A stretch of 64,000 bases of DNA, taken from Lingula anatina. Lineage: Eukaryota; Animalia; Brachiopoda. Location: positions 1,612,001 to 1,676,000 of the forward strand of contig CM120641.1 of assembly GCA_051362555.1 (NCBI GenBank), read 5' to 3'. Below are positions 1 to 14,086 of the stretch, one piece after another. Numbering within the stretch: the first letter of the stretch is position 1; each line of letters opens with the position of its first letter. The translations under genes were made by a program, and so were the position numbers. The notes below the pieces were generated by a model that was not told where the DNA came from, made no database searches, and was given only the letters and a program-made list of their open reading frames with translations.

Positions 1-1890
1 TAGAGTATACATAAAACACAGTTTTCTCAGTGCGTTCCACATGGAATATCTAGTTTCCTGTACATTTCTGCCCCCGGGTCTCCCTTTCCTCTGGTTACCA
101 ATAACCACTCATTTATGGTTACATGTACAACACGATTACAGCTCCGCAATTTGTCACACCTGACAATCAAGATCTAATACTGTCCTTCCACATGTTCCGT
201 GAGGGTCTGATTTTATTATAAGACTTATAAAAATTCTACATTTAAAATTTGCCAGCGGATTCTTTTTTAAAGTGATTGCTATCAAGAAATCAAACCAGTT
301 TATTATCTATCATCTAGTTAGTATATATCAGTTTTAACAGTTTTAATTATTAAAATAAACATCTGGTATGCAGTTCGACCGGTGCCGAAAATGAGGACTC
401 CAAGCTGCCTGTTTCCAGTGAAGTTTGATCACCTGATGAATGAAGCAATGATATCAATACAAATATCAAACCTATTTGCTACTATGAATTGCTGCACTTA
501 ATGAGATTTCCACCTCAAGAAATCGGTTTAATTTCTTACGTGGGGAAGCCATAATCGTGGGTGTTTTATACAGAGTTGCACAGAAAAACTTGCACAAGAG
601 TGAGTGAAGACTTATATATGCAGCAATTAACAAAATCAACAAACCCCTCAGTCCTGTGAGATAATGAAAAGCTTTGGAAACCTCTAGTTGCAGAGTTTGT
701 ACAAATTTGTGTGAGTTTCACCTAAAGTTTATATAATCTTTGGTATCTATAAGCAAAAAAAAAAAAAAAAATTAGCATTTGTGAGAACCTGTGGATATAT
801 CATTTTCATAATACTGCTGTATACTGCAGACTGATGTTGAGCTAAATGTGCAATGATCATTCTTTTTTACAAATAGGTCTTTTTTGCCAAATCTGGCAAT
901 GTAAATGGTTTTGTTTACATCTTTAACCCTTGATAAAGTTCCAGGTCATCAACATACAAGTTAAGTATAATTTCAAAATGGCCACCAAAACTACTATGAA
1001 ACAGAAAAGTATATCTAGAGATGGTCACTAAAACTGTATATTTGTTATAAACTGAAATAAAAAAAATACACAAGGTGCTAAAACCCCCATTTCTATACCA
1101 TGTCTTATATTTTCTTCTCACTGCTTTTGTTTTCATTATCATGAGTTGTTTTTTATAGAAAGGTTCCTGTGCCTGTCATATATCCCTGACAATTTCTCAA
1201 TCAAAGATGGGGCACTGGCTGCCCTCCTATCTTGCTTCTAATAGAATCCAATAAGAATGTCTATTAAGAGCAATCAAAGTGACCCAAGCAGATTGCCTGT
1301 GAAAGCTGCACAAGAGGACACTTGATCAGAATGAGCAAAATCTAATTTACTCAGGAACAAAGAGGAAATCTAATATAACTGTAGAAAGAAAAATGGCGGT
1401 TATAAATCATTCATTTTTTAAGTCAAATAGTTGATGCCCCATATCATTAGGTAATGATAGTTATTTGAAAGTGGATATCTTTGAACATGAAATAAGCCAA
1501 ACTATAAATAAAAAAATAAAAATAAATGACCACAGCATAAAAAGTCACATGTATGTGCAACAGTTTTGTTCCACTTACAGTATGATAATTATCTGATACA
1601 GCATGCACTGTCCTCCATCAGTCACCTTATTCTTACCTGAATATTAGAGTTTTTCAGTTATTTTTCTCATAAAAGGTATATTATTGAATATCTATCAGTC
1701 TAGTAAAAATTTAAACAATTCAGATATTGTTAGAAAAAAGGTTCAATGTCATCTTAAAACAACTTTAATATAATATAATATATAAACACCTAACTTTAAT
1801 ATAATATATAAATACCTATTAATAAATAGTCTGATTTCTATTTTCCTTCCTACTGTTTGTACATGTAGTATACAAGTATTGACTGTCTGA

Positions 1891-1995
1891 GGTCACCTCT
1901 TGGCTAGGTTCAACTTGAAGCTGGGAAAATTGATCAACGCCAAAGGCAGAGGTCAATTATCCTCGCTTCAGGTTGAACCTAGTCGAGAAGTGACC
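1891..1995. repeat. Imperfect palindrome with ~45-bp arms, probably a transposon relic
   Basis: ggtcacctcttggctaggttcaacttgaagc..aattgatc versus ggtcaatt..gcttcaggttgaacctagtcgagaagtgacc. Confidence 0.75.
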
Positions 1996-4463
1996 AAAGC
2001 AAAAAGTCTATTCAGTTGTTATAGGATCAGGGATTTTTTTAGATAACTGAAAATAATTAAGACATATTGAGAACTTATTGATGGGGTACTTGGCTCATAT
2101 GGATCGAGATGTCAAGTACTTGTAGATCCAAGATGGCAGATTGATTTGACCAGAAGGTCAACTGACTAAAATAACTGACCCCAATACCAGAACATCTGGG
2201 GAGGGGGGGGAGGGGGGCAGGAGAGGGAGGTAGAGAGCTTCAACTTCTGATGGCACAATGAATGCTGTCAATACCTTAAAATATGAGGCATGATTGTAAA
2301 ATTCAGTTCTAAATTCAAACTACTTGTAAAGTAAAAAGTGAACACTGTGATCTAGGCTGAGATGTCACCTGCACAGACTGCTAACCTGCAAATAATGAAA
2401 ACAACTACCAGTGTTAACATGCAGTTAACTAAAAATTCAAACAGCTCTTTGTTCTGATGGATAAGGTGACATAAGAAAGATGACATGTAATTACCTCTGA
2501 AAATCTCTTTGCAGAATTCCAAGAATGAATCCTTTTCAGGCCTTTTACCGTAAATTGTTTCAACCATCTACATTAACAGAATCATTACATGAGTGCGCAT
2601 TGATTTCCTTAAAACATGCTTACATTTCACTGAGAAGCGCATGAACATATTATGTTTCTTTCATCACAAAAAAGGACCAAAATAAAAAACCACATCTTAC
2701 ATAAATCAAATGCGGAAAGCTAGGTTGTATATGATTCAGACAAGTATTGAAAATGCAAAAGCTATTGATTTTCTTAACTTCAAAAGCCTCATTTAATTAA
2801 ACAATTATTCATCAAAAACAAATAACATCCTTAGGATTTACCTAAGCTAGATAAAATTCCACAAGGGACCCTTAATGTACATGTTTTCTTAATGCTGATA
2901 TCTCCTCTGTTGCCAAACCTTGTTTTTCAAAACAGATATTCAAAATTCATTGTAAGTTAAAGATAACACTGATGTAATGCATTTGCACTTCTTTCTTTAG
3001 TCAGACCTCAACAGAGATTCTGAAAGGCTCATATTGATAAAGAAGTCTTGGTTAATTGCAATTAATGATTTACACCCCCAATTGATGACCCTACAGGTGT
3101 TCACAAAATCCACGGTTCACTCGCAATAGACAGGAGTTTTACACATTAAGTTTGAGCATAAACACGTTATAGATTACAATAGTAAATGACTTGGGATTAC
3201 AATAACTAAAAAAAAAATAAGATCCAAGAAAAAACATTAATCTATCAAACAATTATAAATAACACTTTTTTCAAAGCCCATTAAGTCATTGTTAATGGGC
3301 ATGTTTTTTTTATCATCAGTGGGTTACAGGCAAATAAGCAGGTCTATAAGCTCATTAGTGCAATGTGCATTAGAGAATGAATGTTTTACATTGAACATTC
3401 CTGAAACTCAAAACATGAATTACCTTTCAAAATCACATCAATGATACATTTAATTGATTTCTTTATATTTCTTCAAGCAACTTTACACAAGATTGTGCAG
3501 CCTTCCATCCGGAAGTCATCTGTTCAGTAGTTTCTTGAACCAAGAAATCCCTTACTATTAAACTCCATCTAGATAATCCATCAAACGCACACGGCTTTAA
3601 CAACTTTGTACTTTATTACAGGATAACCATAAATGAACATCCTTATAACTAAGATCTATCTGTGCCACTGGATGATCATTTAGAACAGATGTGCCCACAA
3701 TTACACCTGGACAACATTGGAAATTTCTCCACGCTTCCTGAATTTTGCAATGACTTGGGTCTAATGGCGATATGGCCATTATTTTCATTTGATTTCCCTG
3801 GAGGCGGTATGTCATGGAATTTACAAAGTTTATTTTTATCCTAAGCTGGTAAATTGAATATCTTCGGTACAGCAGACTGGAGCGGTGATTTTAGAAAATA
3901 AAGTAGCATGAGGCGACCAGCGGACAACAGGGGCAAGCAACAGACTGACTTGAAGCTGTGATTCAAAAGTTTGCTTTTGTCAAGGATAAATATTTTTCCA
4001 CCGCAGATTAATAAAAAGCAAATGATGTGGGAAAATAAATTTATTTAATTACCTGAAAAGTTTATAAGTTTAAACACATGGTTTGAATTAAAACAATGGC
4101 GAAGAGTATGTAGTTTAGTTTCCATGTCACAGCTGGAAACTGTATAGAGTAATATTTCTCTCCACATGTAGTCTACAGAACATATCTTTATGGATTCATC
4201 AAGTGTTTAAGTCTTGACCCAATAAGAGTTACCTATGTTTACCCCCCCTCCCCCCCCCCCCCCCCACACACACACACACACACACTCACAGTTAAGCTGT
4301 GGGCAGGTGGGACAGTTAACCAAAAGATAACAAATGCAGGCTTCCACTGTGGCCCAGACATTCAATTGCAATCAAAAAGCCTATTTCTTGGAAACAATTC
4401 TAAAACATATCAGAAAACATGCTCCAGTATAGGGACTATCTCTCTCCCCTAATCTCTCATCTG

Positions 4464-4540
4464 TGACACCAACTTTATGAAATTCTCTGACACCCACTTG
4501 ATGAAATTCTCTGACACCCACTTGATGAAATTCTCTGACA
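4464..4540. repeat. Minisatellite, 24-bp unit x ~3.2
   Basis: tgacacccacttgatgaaattctc repeated. Confidence 0.9.
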
Positions 4541-5518
4541 GCACATAATCATCAATATGTGGGCTATCCAAGAAGATAGAGTCAGAGAGATAAAAGGGCT
4601 TATCTCTAAAAGGCAGTTCTAGACAGACTGATGAAAGCGAGATGCCTTCATCACCTTCTCAATCTAAAAACTTCGTTTAACACAGAATTACCTTGTAGTT
4701 TTACACATAAGAAAGAACAGCTCTTTAAATACTTAGGTAATGTGCAGCATTTTTGCATTATTATTTCAGTCATCAACATACAAAATGTTTTCTTAACACA
4801 TTGAGTTTATCAATCAATCTCATAAATTTTGAAACATTCATCAGTTTACAAAAACAATATTTACAGACTCAGATAAAAAATAAATTGAATTTACCATAAA
4901 AAATCATGCGAATATAATCTTATTTATAGTGGCTTCTAGCTTATATAAGTTATAGTTAACTACTGTAAACTACTGATAAGATTGCTTTTGTGCTGCATGC
5001 TGCTTCTTCTGAATTTTGTTTTCGTAATTACTCTTTTTATAAATGCTACTGTGGAAAGCACATGGATTATTCTGCATCACTTATATAAGAACTGGTATAT
5101 AAATACTGTTAAATATGCAAGTACATGTCCTTTTTGAATTTCAAAGATGAATACAAGCACTGACAATAATAGGATGGTATGTAAGGTGTATGCCATACTT
5201 ATTGAGCGACAGTCACTGTAACAGTATGGAAATGAATTTTCATTGTCATTGTGATGATTGCTATGGAAAATTGATTATAGCCATGACAGAGTTTGTCTGA
5301 CTTTGTATAATTAATCAAGTAGTGGCCTAGTGCTGAAGCACTTATGATATTAAGATGAAGGCTGAAGTATACATGTTCCACTGACTTTTTTCTGTGATAA
5401 ATCAAGATTAATATTTGTTTCCTGGAACTATCTTAAGTGACAAAGTGGGTTTTCTCTCTCTAATAGATGACAGTGGTTTGGGTTTTGGGTGAACATTCAC
5501 ATTTGGATACAGTATTAG

Positions 5519-5717
5519 AGGACTCATTCCCAGTATAATTTTCATTCTATGTAGATCGATCTAACTCTGTGGGGACTCTTGCTGAATGCAATCAGATAAA
5601 CAGATTAACACACCTCCTCATTTTCAATGTACTCATATAATCACCAGCTTTTCTGTATTCAATGCCAGGAGATGACATGTTTATCTTTTTAATCTACATG
5701 ACTGCATTCATCAAGGG
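5519..5717. mobile_element. MITE family B, truncated copy
   Basis: Shares ggggactcttgctgaatgcaatc and the internal aatcaccagcttttct (inverted) with 45796. Confidence 0.75.
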
Positions 5718-5885
5718 TAGGACTTAAGTACATAGAACAATAATTTTATTGGAAATTAGCCCTCGAATAATGTATCTAAATGTGAATGTTCAGTCAAAAC
5801 ACAAATTATTGCCATCTCTATAATTAGCATCAACACATGATATTCAATCAGATTTTCATCAACATTTATGAACCATTATTATTTG

Positions 5886-5968
5886 CATAACTATTGTTCA
5901 AATATCTCAAATATGGTATAATATTCTCATAACTATTGTTCAAACATCTCAAATATGGTATATATTCT
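5886..5968. repeat. 42-bp tandem duplication
   Basis: cataactattgttcaaa(t/c)atctcaaatatggtata..tattct twice. Confidence 0.85.
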
Positions 5969-6714
5969 AATGCTAATTAACCACAATTAACTGTCCTTCG
6001 GATATTACAGATATTTGGAACCAACCAATATAAAAAATAAACTGATTAAAGATGAGGAACAACCCTTGGCAAACCATTTAGTTAAAATGTATGTCTTATT
6101 TGATATTTTTGCATGTAGAATAAAAAAATCTTGAAAGCACTCTAACTGGCCCTATAGCTATGGTAATTGGTATACCAACTGGCATAATTCAATCTGCTCT
6201 TATTATGATAGCCGGTGAAAAGGGACTAACTCTACAAACTCCATCACACCATCCATTCATCAGGTATGCTCACAACCATTCACAATCACTGGTACCAACC
6301 ATTATTTGCTCATTTAAAACAAATTACAGGCACCTTTCCACACCGTACAAGAGTCCAACTGGGACAGATTATTACTGGGTAATTACCAACTGGCAAGTCA
6401 ACCTTTGCTTAACAGTGTTTAGAAAAGTGAGCTGGGCTTTTCAAGCAACCCAATCAACACTGATCTTCCATTTCAGTAACCAAAGCCGTAGAGCAAATTA
6501 CATGCCTGTTACCGATTTTTATTTTCCTCATTTAAGAAGATACCATTTCAAGTTCAAACATTTTTCTGAAAATTTACTTTCCGCTTTGATTTAAATCAGC
6601 TGCATCATGGTCGTATAAGCATTACTGATCCTACAGCTCACGTAAATCAAAAACTTTTAAATTGAATACACTCCACGTGTAAAAAAGTAGTTCTTTTTTC
6701 TTTTTAAACACCAG

Positions 6715-6841
6715 GACCTGGTTGAAGGTCAGTATTTAAATGCTGTGAGGTGGCCAACCGAAAGACTTCTTGACAGGAACTCACTCAAGACGAATGTTAT
6801 CCAGACATGGCCACCATGTCACAACTCGGGTGTAACTGCAC
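6715..6841 (+). other. Candidate 5' (mostly untranslated) exon, probably of the GPCR gene
   Basis: Strong acceptor ttcttttttctttttaaacaccag| and consensus donor |gtaagt; contains GCCACCATG. Confidence 0.4.
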
Positions 6842-9800
6842 GTAAGTGTGTTTTTTCTTTACCTTTACATTTGTCCTGACCCTTTTAATGCATCTATATG
6901 GCAAAATACAGCTAGCAACATAAGAGTGATTCAAATATTGAATTTAATACTTAATGGTCAATATGTTTGATTCATTGTGATCATTTACCATACTGTAAGG
7001 TCCACTTTTTTGAACAGACACATGGTTTAGTTTGTATGAAGACAAGCCATGTGTGTTTTTTTGTAAAAACATGCATAAAGTGGGGACTTAATAGAAATTA
7101 TGAACAGAAATTTACACACAGCAAGAAGAAGAGGAAAAATAAAAAGAAGGAATGTCAATGGGTAAGAGGTGTAAAAACTGAAAATGAAGCTTGCAATTTC
7201 TCACTGCATTTACTCCATATGAAAAAATCAACCAAAATAAAAAATGAAAATGCTGAAATCAGGCATAATCCTGAAAACTTTTACCCATGAATCTATAACT
7301 TTATTACTTTTTTGTGGTACAGGTGCACAAGCCCCAAGAAGTGGTTCAAGAGTTCTGGTAATATTCAAATCCAATTCAATTAAATCAAAATTAGTAATAA
7401 ATCCACGCTCATCTGTTCATCATTGTTATATTTTTAAAATAAAATCACAAAACAAGACCACCACATACATGTTTATATATTTTTTGTATGAATTCTTTTG
7501 GTAATTAGCTTCTAGTTGGTGTCGAACAGCATGCATCTTGCAATCGTTTGCCTCTTACGATCGTGATTATCTAATATATCAGGTAAAGAAGTGCACGTAC
7601 GCCATTTCTGCAAATAACATGCACTTTGTGCATTCACATGCCACATCACTGGCACTGTGATATGCCAGCAGCTATGGAATTACTGGGGTTAAACCTGCTG
7701 ATATTTATGTATGGAGATGGCAAACAAGTGGGCCTGGATCACCATGATACAAATACATTTATGTGTTGAGTGTGAATGGGCTATTGTCCCTTAAAGTAGC
7801 TGTTGAGTAAATAGGTATATAGTAAGGTGAACTAAAGAGAAAGTTTCATTCAAGAGCCGTTGGTTAGATACTGAAATGGCAAGTCATTGGAGCCAATGGT
7901 GATTGTTTTAGTAAGATGCCGTGAATGTACTGACAACTCCGCCAGTCTGTGAAAAACGTTTTTTTGTTTAAGTTTCAATTTGTTTTTCACACCAAACATT
8001 AACAGAAGAAGTCTGTGAAAATAGGAACAAGTGACCTTGCTACTGTTTAAAGTCAACAGTTTTCCAATTTACACTCATTGATTTACATGTTGACAGAAGG
8101 TACAGTAAGCACACAGGGCATTTTCTACTTTTTGAGGTTTTTATTCAAAAGGTTTAGAATGTTACCTGATATTGCAGGCAATGATGATTGCTTGTGATAA
8201 AAAGATAAAACTATGCCTACACACGACACTGATAAGATTCAGTGCTAAAAGCTTGCGATTAAAGCCCTTTTTCCTACAATTTTGACATAACTGGCAATTT
8301 GCAATGATCTCAAAAAAGACAGCAGCAATATTAAAAACAGAACACTTGAAAGTCTTCCCATGTTATGCTCAGTGATGAATCGTCTTGATCTGATAAACCC
8401 GTAAATGAAAGTTTTGCTCTAAGTGGAAAGCCACTTGCACAGTGTTAACAGATTACTTCTAGTGCCATCGTCTCTAAACTTGGTTCTTTCAGTAATTGAA
8501 CAATTTTTTAAGCTTGGTTGCTTGCTTTGCAATCAATCGTGCAGATAGTCCTAAGGTTGTTCACCCTTAACAAGAAAAAAGCAACACTTCATAAATGATG
8601 GATGAGTGTCACAAACAGGAGAGAGAAAGAGAAAGAATCTAGATTCAATTTCAATTAATAAAAATGCTAGAACCATTATATTCATGTTGATTTCTAAACT
8701 CATCCTGCATTTTTGCCAAAACCTCCTTATCAATAAAAAACAAAAAATATGGTTTGGCAGTTATGATGATAGAAAATGTGTTGGATATATACCAAAACAA
8801 ACATGGCAATGTCATACACAAGAAATCAGAATATGTACGCACACTGAAAATTATCTGTTCAAATTAAAGTTTGTCCACAATGTGTCCATTAAATATAATT
8901 ATCAACTGAATTTATGTTTCTTCAAATACTGCCCCATTTTTATATAAACCAAGATCACTGGTAGATACAAATATGAAGAGTCAGAAAATAAAGAAACTTT
9001 CTAACATGTTATCTGACTGCAGAGACAAGTTAATGTTCTGCTTGCCACTCAAAGGAAATACATGTCCACATTATTGATAACATGTCATGGTTTTCAACAT
9101 GTGACATAAGACTGGGGATTTCTCACTTATTAAGGCTTTCATAACATACACCACTGTGCAGAATATGAACAGACACTTTTTCCATATCTTGAAAAGGAAA
9201 AATAATCATTTAAGTTTAAAGGTTAAGTTCAAACACAGCAAGACATATATGTTTATATGTGTAACTCTGTTGCTCATTGAAAAAAATCAATTTTATACCC
9301 AGTAACTGCAAGAGTAGTGTACGCAATCACTGTAAAATAAATAAATAAATTGGCCCTACCAACGCCATTTGTTAATTAGCAATATACCTAATAATAAGGA
9401 CACCAACAGTCAAAGCCATTATATAATTATTTCAGCTGCATTAGATGTTCAAAAGGAGATAGAATGACCCTGCTTATTATATATAAGCAGCTTGTACAGT
9501 ACTTTGGTTGACCTTAGCCAGTGAAAAACAAAGACCCCAAATCAACATTACTGTAAAAATTCAAGACCACTAATTTAAAACTCATGACATTATTACTACC
9601 ATCACTGGACCTCCTTGTTAATTTCCTTTGGTTAATAAGTTGTAGCATGTTTTTAAAATTATAAAAGTACCTTCCAGCAAATTCTGTGATCTACAGTACA
9701 GGTCACAAATGACGGTTATGACTAATGAAAGAAAAGAAGCCTTTCAAAATTAACATGGTTTTGTCATAAACTTGTGACTGAGAATTAATTACCCATGGAA

Positions 9801-11032
9801 ACCTTAGAAATGCTTTGTCACATTGACCAAAGAAACAATGCCTTATCCTATTAAAATAAAAAAACTGTATGATCTAAAAGAGACAGAGAGGCGGAGAGGA
9901 AAAAGCCATACTTAAAAAGATGTTTTTTCCTTTGAGTGCTTCAGCAGATTTTTCTCTAATGAATAGCACTGTTAAAAGATAAAGTATGTATGCTGTCTTT
10001 AGAAATTATGTATCAGGAACAAAAAATGAAAAAAAAATCTGCTGAAAACTTTTAAAGACCTAACTGAAAAGTGAAATACAACAAATCCCACCTCTCTCTT
10101 TCTCCATCTCTCTCTCTTTCTCTCTCATTCGCCATGATGCATATCAATGTGAACATTTTCAAATCACATGAAATATTAAACTTTCAAAATACTACAGCAT
10201 GCATGCACCAGAATCGGTGCAATTGGGTCATCCACACAACGCCAACATACTTGCACTAGTATAACCCCATAGGTACAACTATGCAGGTTCCTAGAGAAAA
10301 GCATACCACGCTGCCTTAGCTGTAACTGTCCTAATAGCACCTCAAGAGAATTTTATCAGTGTGCTCTTAACACAGTGAGTGGAGATGAGAGGCTGTAAGC
10401 CAGTCTATCTATTCTCTGCAGAGTTTGCCACTGCAAGCGCTGTATGGGAACATAACAGCCCATTACTGCCCCCTGGTGCTCAAAGTGACAGCTCCTTAGA
10501 TTGGTTCATTTGATTATTCAACTTGAAGTCTGGGAAGTGGTAATCCAACAGGTAAATAACCTGCACGAGCAGTGCTGGGATGAACAAAACAACTCAGTCA
10601 GTTGAATGAGAGAGACTTTAAACAATCATTAACACAAAGGTGGGCTTGTAAGACTTTTCCTTTTTTTCTCACATATTTTCAGATCAAATGCAGGGAATGG
10701 TGATGCAAAAAGGGCAGGAATAGGGTATATGAGAAAAGGCACTTAGAATCCGTTGGACTGTAGGATCAAAGTTAGGAGAAAAGACAGTGCAAAGCAAGAA
10801 GACAGTGTTTGAAGATTGCTTGGGTAAAGGAATAAAAGCAGTGAGTACCACACAGCTTGTGAAAATTCACTGGGTTAGGAACATTTGTGGCCTGTGACTG
10901 CCCTGGGGCCAATACAAGAAAGGCAAAAATAGTGTGTGATTTTTGAAGTGAGCTGTTAAATTCTCTGTCACAGAAGGGAAAGAAATAAAAAACAGATAAA
11001 ACATTCACCATCCAAGAACTGACAAGAAAATA

Positions 11033-12157
11033 ATGGACAGTCAACATGAATATGTACATTTGTGGAAGTTGGAGACTTTAATAAAAATGTCTGCGACGAA
11101 CGGATTTTTGAATGACACAAACAATACATATGGAAACACTAGTGGACAGTACAATGACCGGGCAGGACTCCTGTCACAGGTACTGCAGTTTGAGGTGACA
11201 TGCTTTTTGGCATTTGGCATCCTTGTTATTATCCTTGGGATCATAGGTAATACTCTCTCCTTTATTGTTATCAACAGAGATTATAACAAAGGATCGACAT
11301 TCTATTTCTTACAATATCTAGCAGTGTTGGACAACCTGCTGTTGATAACAATGTTTTTACAATACTCTGTTTTGGTGGGGCACCACTTTGAGTTCATGGA
11401 CCAACGCTACATGGCAGTGAGGTTTTGTATCCTCACGCCCCTGGCCCTGTCAGCTCGCCTGCCCTCTGCCTGGTTAACAGTTGCCGTCACTATTGACAGG
11501 TATATAGCTGTGTGTCGGCCCCTTCAAGCCAAGGAATGGTGCACCATCCCTCGCGCCAGGAAAAGCATCATCACCATACTGCTACTGAGCATCGCCATCA
11601 GTCTGCCAAGATTCTTCGAATGCATTGGTTATGAATATTGCTTTTTACAGCCAGAGTGTCCCACAATACAGACAGTTCTGCTCTCAGATAAACACTATCA
11701 AAGTATATACCATGGTACCCTGTTTTGTTTCAGGGCTGTAATACCATTATTGATTCTCGTGGTGCTGAACTGTAAACTGGTCCGAGCTGTCCGAGAAAGG
11801 AACAGAAGAAGGACTGGAAATAACGTAAGAGTAGGAAGACAATCAGATAATGTTACTCGGGTTGTTATAATAGTTATAACTGTATTTGCCATATGTGTTT
11901 TTCCATCAATATTTGTCCGCGCAATATGGCTGACCAGAGAGGAGTGGTCGCCAGGGATGAATGCATTTTACCACTATTTCAATGTTCTGTCTGGTAATCT
12001 AATTATTATTAACTCTGCTGTAAATTTTATTATTTATGATGTAGCGAGCTCGGTGTTCAGAATGCAATGCCGACACCTTGTTTGTCGTAAGTGTGACGTG
12101 GACATGAATTTGATCATGGCAACTTCTACAGCAGAAACGGAGTTAATGAACGGTTAA
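11033..12157 (+). CDS. Intronless rhodopsin-family (class A) GPCR, FMRFamide/sex-peptide-receptor-like peptide receptor group; start may be ATG 11087 (MSATNG...)
   Basis: 374-aa ORF with seven hydrophobic segments and class A motifs: TM1 GIIGN, TM2 LAVLD, TM3 TIDRYIAVCRPL, TM4 SLPRFFE, TM6 FAICVFP, TM7 NSAVNFIIY. N-terminal glycosylation sequons (NDT, NNT, NTS) and C-terminal cysteines are present. Confidence 0.95.
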   Translation: MDSQHEYVHLWKLETLIKMSATNGFLNDTNNTYGNTSGQYNDRAGLLSQVLQFEVTCFLAFGILVIILGIIGNTLSFIVINRDYNKGSTFYFLQYLAVLDNLLLITMFLQYSVLVGHHFEFMDQRYMAVRFCILTPLALSARLPSAWLTVAVTIDRYIAVCRPLQAKEWCTIPRARKSIITILLLSIAISLPRFFECIGYEYCFLQPECPTIQTVLLSDKHYQSIYHGTLFCFRAVIPLLILVVLNCKLVRAVRERNRRRTGNNVRVGRQSDNVTRVVIIVITVFAICVFPSIFVRAIWLTREEWSPGMNAFYHYFNVLSGNLIIINSAVNFIIYDVASSVFRMQCRHLVCRKCDVDMNLIMATSTAETELMNG

Positions 12158-13997
12158 GTTATTGATGAAATCCGTGACATAAAAAAAAAACATTGTTTCA
12201 TTGTAAGTTTGCTTTAAGAAAAGAGATGTACTGTACATACATATTTTTAAAAAATTATTAGTTCAAACAACATGTCATGTACAAATACAAGAAAGTCCAC
12301 AGTGGTTCTAAAACAAACATCGACTGCCAAGGCATGGATTTTATAGAAAGAAAAGATACTTGAGCTGTCCTTCGTGAACAAGTTTTCTAAGTTCTCTCTC
12401 AAAAGAAAATCACAACCATCTCCAGAGAATTTTTGTTACTTGATTTCATTAACTAATGTTAATCGATATTTGTTTTGGATCCTGTGTATTACAATTAAAC
12501 CCCAGACACACCAGTAACTGTAATATAATTACCTTAACAAATCAACTTATACATATTGAAAATGGATGTATACTTAGCTGCTGTATAAAGACCATACAAT
12601 TATGTGTACAATGTTGTGGAATTACCTTAACTGATTCAATTAATAGGAATTCGGAGAGACTGATAATGCTAAGCCATTATACAGGGATCAATTTAAGTAC
12701 CACGCAAAAAGAAAATTACGTATCATAAAGAGCATATAACCCGCTTGTAATGGAGCATAAAACTCAGATTATTTGTTCTTTGATGTCTAAATTCAACGCT
12801 AAAAATATAATGGCCTTTTTTATCGGCAGTTGTCTATAATTGTCCACAGCTCATAAATATGTATGAATGTAGCAGTTGAGTTGGGTGCATGTGGGACATG
12901 AACGCCAAGGAGAATCTGGCAATTCTCTTCACTGTTGTCAAAGAAATAATTAAATGAAGTGGACTATTTGTGCTTAATGTAAATATATCAGGACATTTTG
13001 AAATTAGAGTGCAAAAACATGCACAGCTGACACTGTAAGATAAAGCCAAATTTTGTGAAACGTGATAATGTGATTAGATAATTGTGCTTTCAAGTATTCA
13101 ATCACATCACTATTATAATAAGAATGGATCAGCAAAACTTGCAAATTGATAATAGCCAGCTCATGTTTTTTTCTATCAACAGTAGACAAATGCTTACTAA
13201 TTTACCTAATCTGTAAAATGATATCATAAAGCCATTAAGCACAAATTCATTGTAAGTTATTCTTTTAAAAAGTGCGCTATATTGTATATTAAATTGATAT
13301 TGTCATGTAGTTTTTTGCTTGTTTTTTATCCACTCTTTTTTGTATAGTATTTAAGACACAGGCCCCCTTAGTTAAGAAGTTCATACAAAAATTTACCTCA
13401 ATAGTCTTGCACTGCTATAGTACATCTGTCAATCTGCATTTTGTAAAAAAACATAAATATAAAATAAAAAACGAAAAGAAAAAGTAACCATTGGCATCTC
13501 ATTCTCACTTCAAATTACAAAATGTTGAGGGAAGTACCTGTTGGGGAAGGAAAAGTTTCTCTTATAAGTGATCAATTTTTAAAATTAAAACATTCCTTTT
13601 GAGTGGTAGCAACACAACTGAAAAGCAGACAACCTACTAGTTCTTTTCTATACAATAAAAGCCCCAATTTGCTACATAAAAAATGTATTTTTAATGATTC
13701 CAATATTGGGTGTCTGAAAAATTAATAATTTTTCCGAGGTGAAATGACTGAGCCATTACCCTGATACCCATTTTTGCCTCTGCAGAAGAATTTTGGCAGT
13801 TATATATTAAGGCAGCTTCTGTGTTTAGTTTAATGTACCTACAGTGGAACAAATACCATTCTAGCCTGTTGCATTTGCACTCAAAGAAAATGTGATAAAT
13901 GATCTTTAACATGCTTGTTTCAATGAGAAAAGAGGAAAAAACACATTTATGATCTATGATCTATAGAGTCTTGGCTTCATTCCACACACAAAAAAAA

Positions 13998-14039
13998 AAA
14001 TAAATAAATAAAATAATAATAATAATAAAAAAAAATATA

Positions 14040-14085
<46 letters not shown>
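13998..14085. repeat. (AAAT)n/(AAT)n microsatellite
   Basis: Direct reading. Confidence 0.9.

Positions 14086-14086
<1 letters not shown>

Noticed and set aside
6160-6594. 144-aa plus-strand ORF
   Set aside because: No domain-like features or coding-like composition; consistent with a chance ORF.
12181-12190. A10 run just after the GPCR stop as a retrogene poly(A) relic
   Set aside because: A-runs of this length are common in the window; no upstream AATAAA and no TSD; intronless GPCRs are ordinary.
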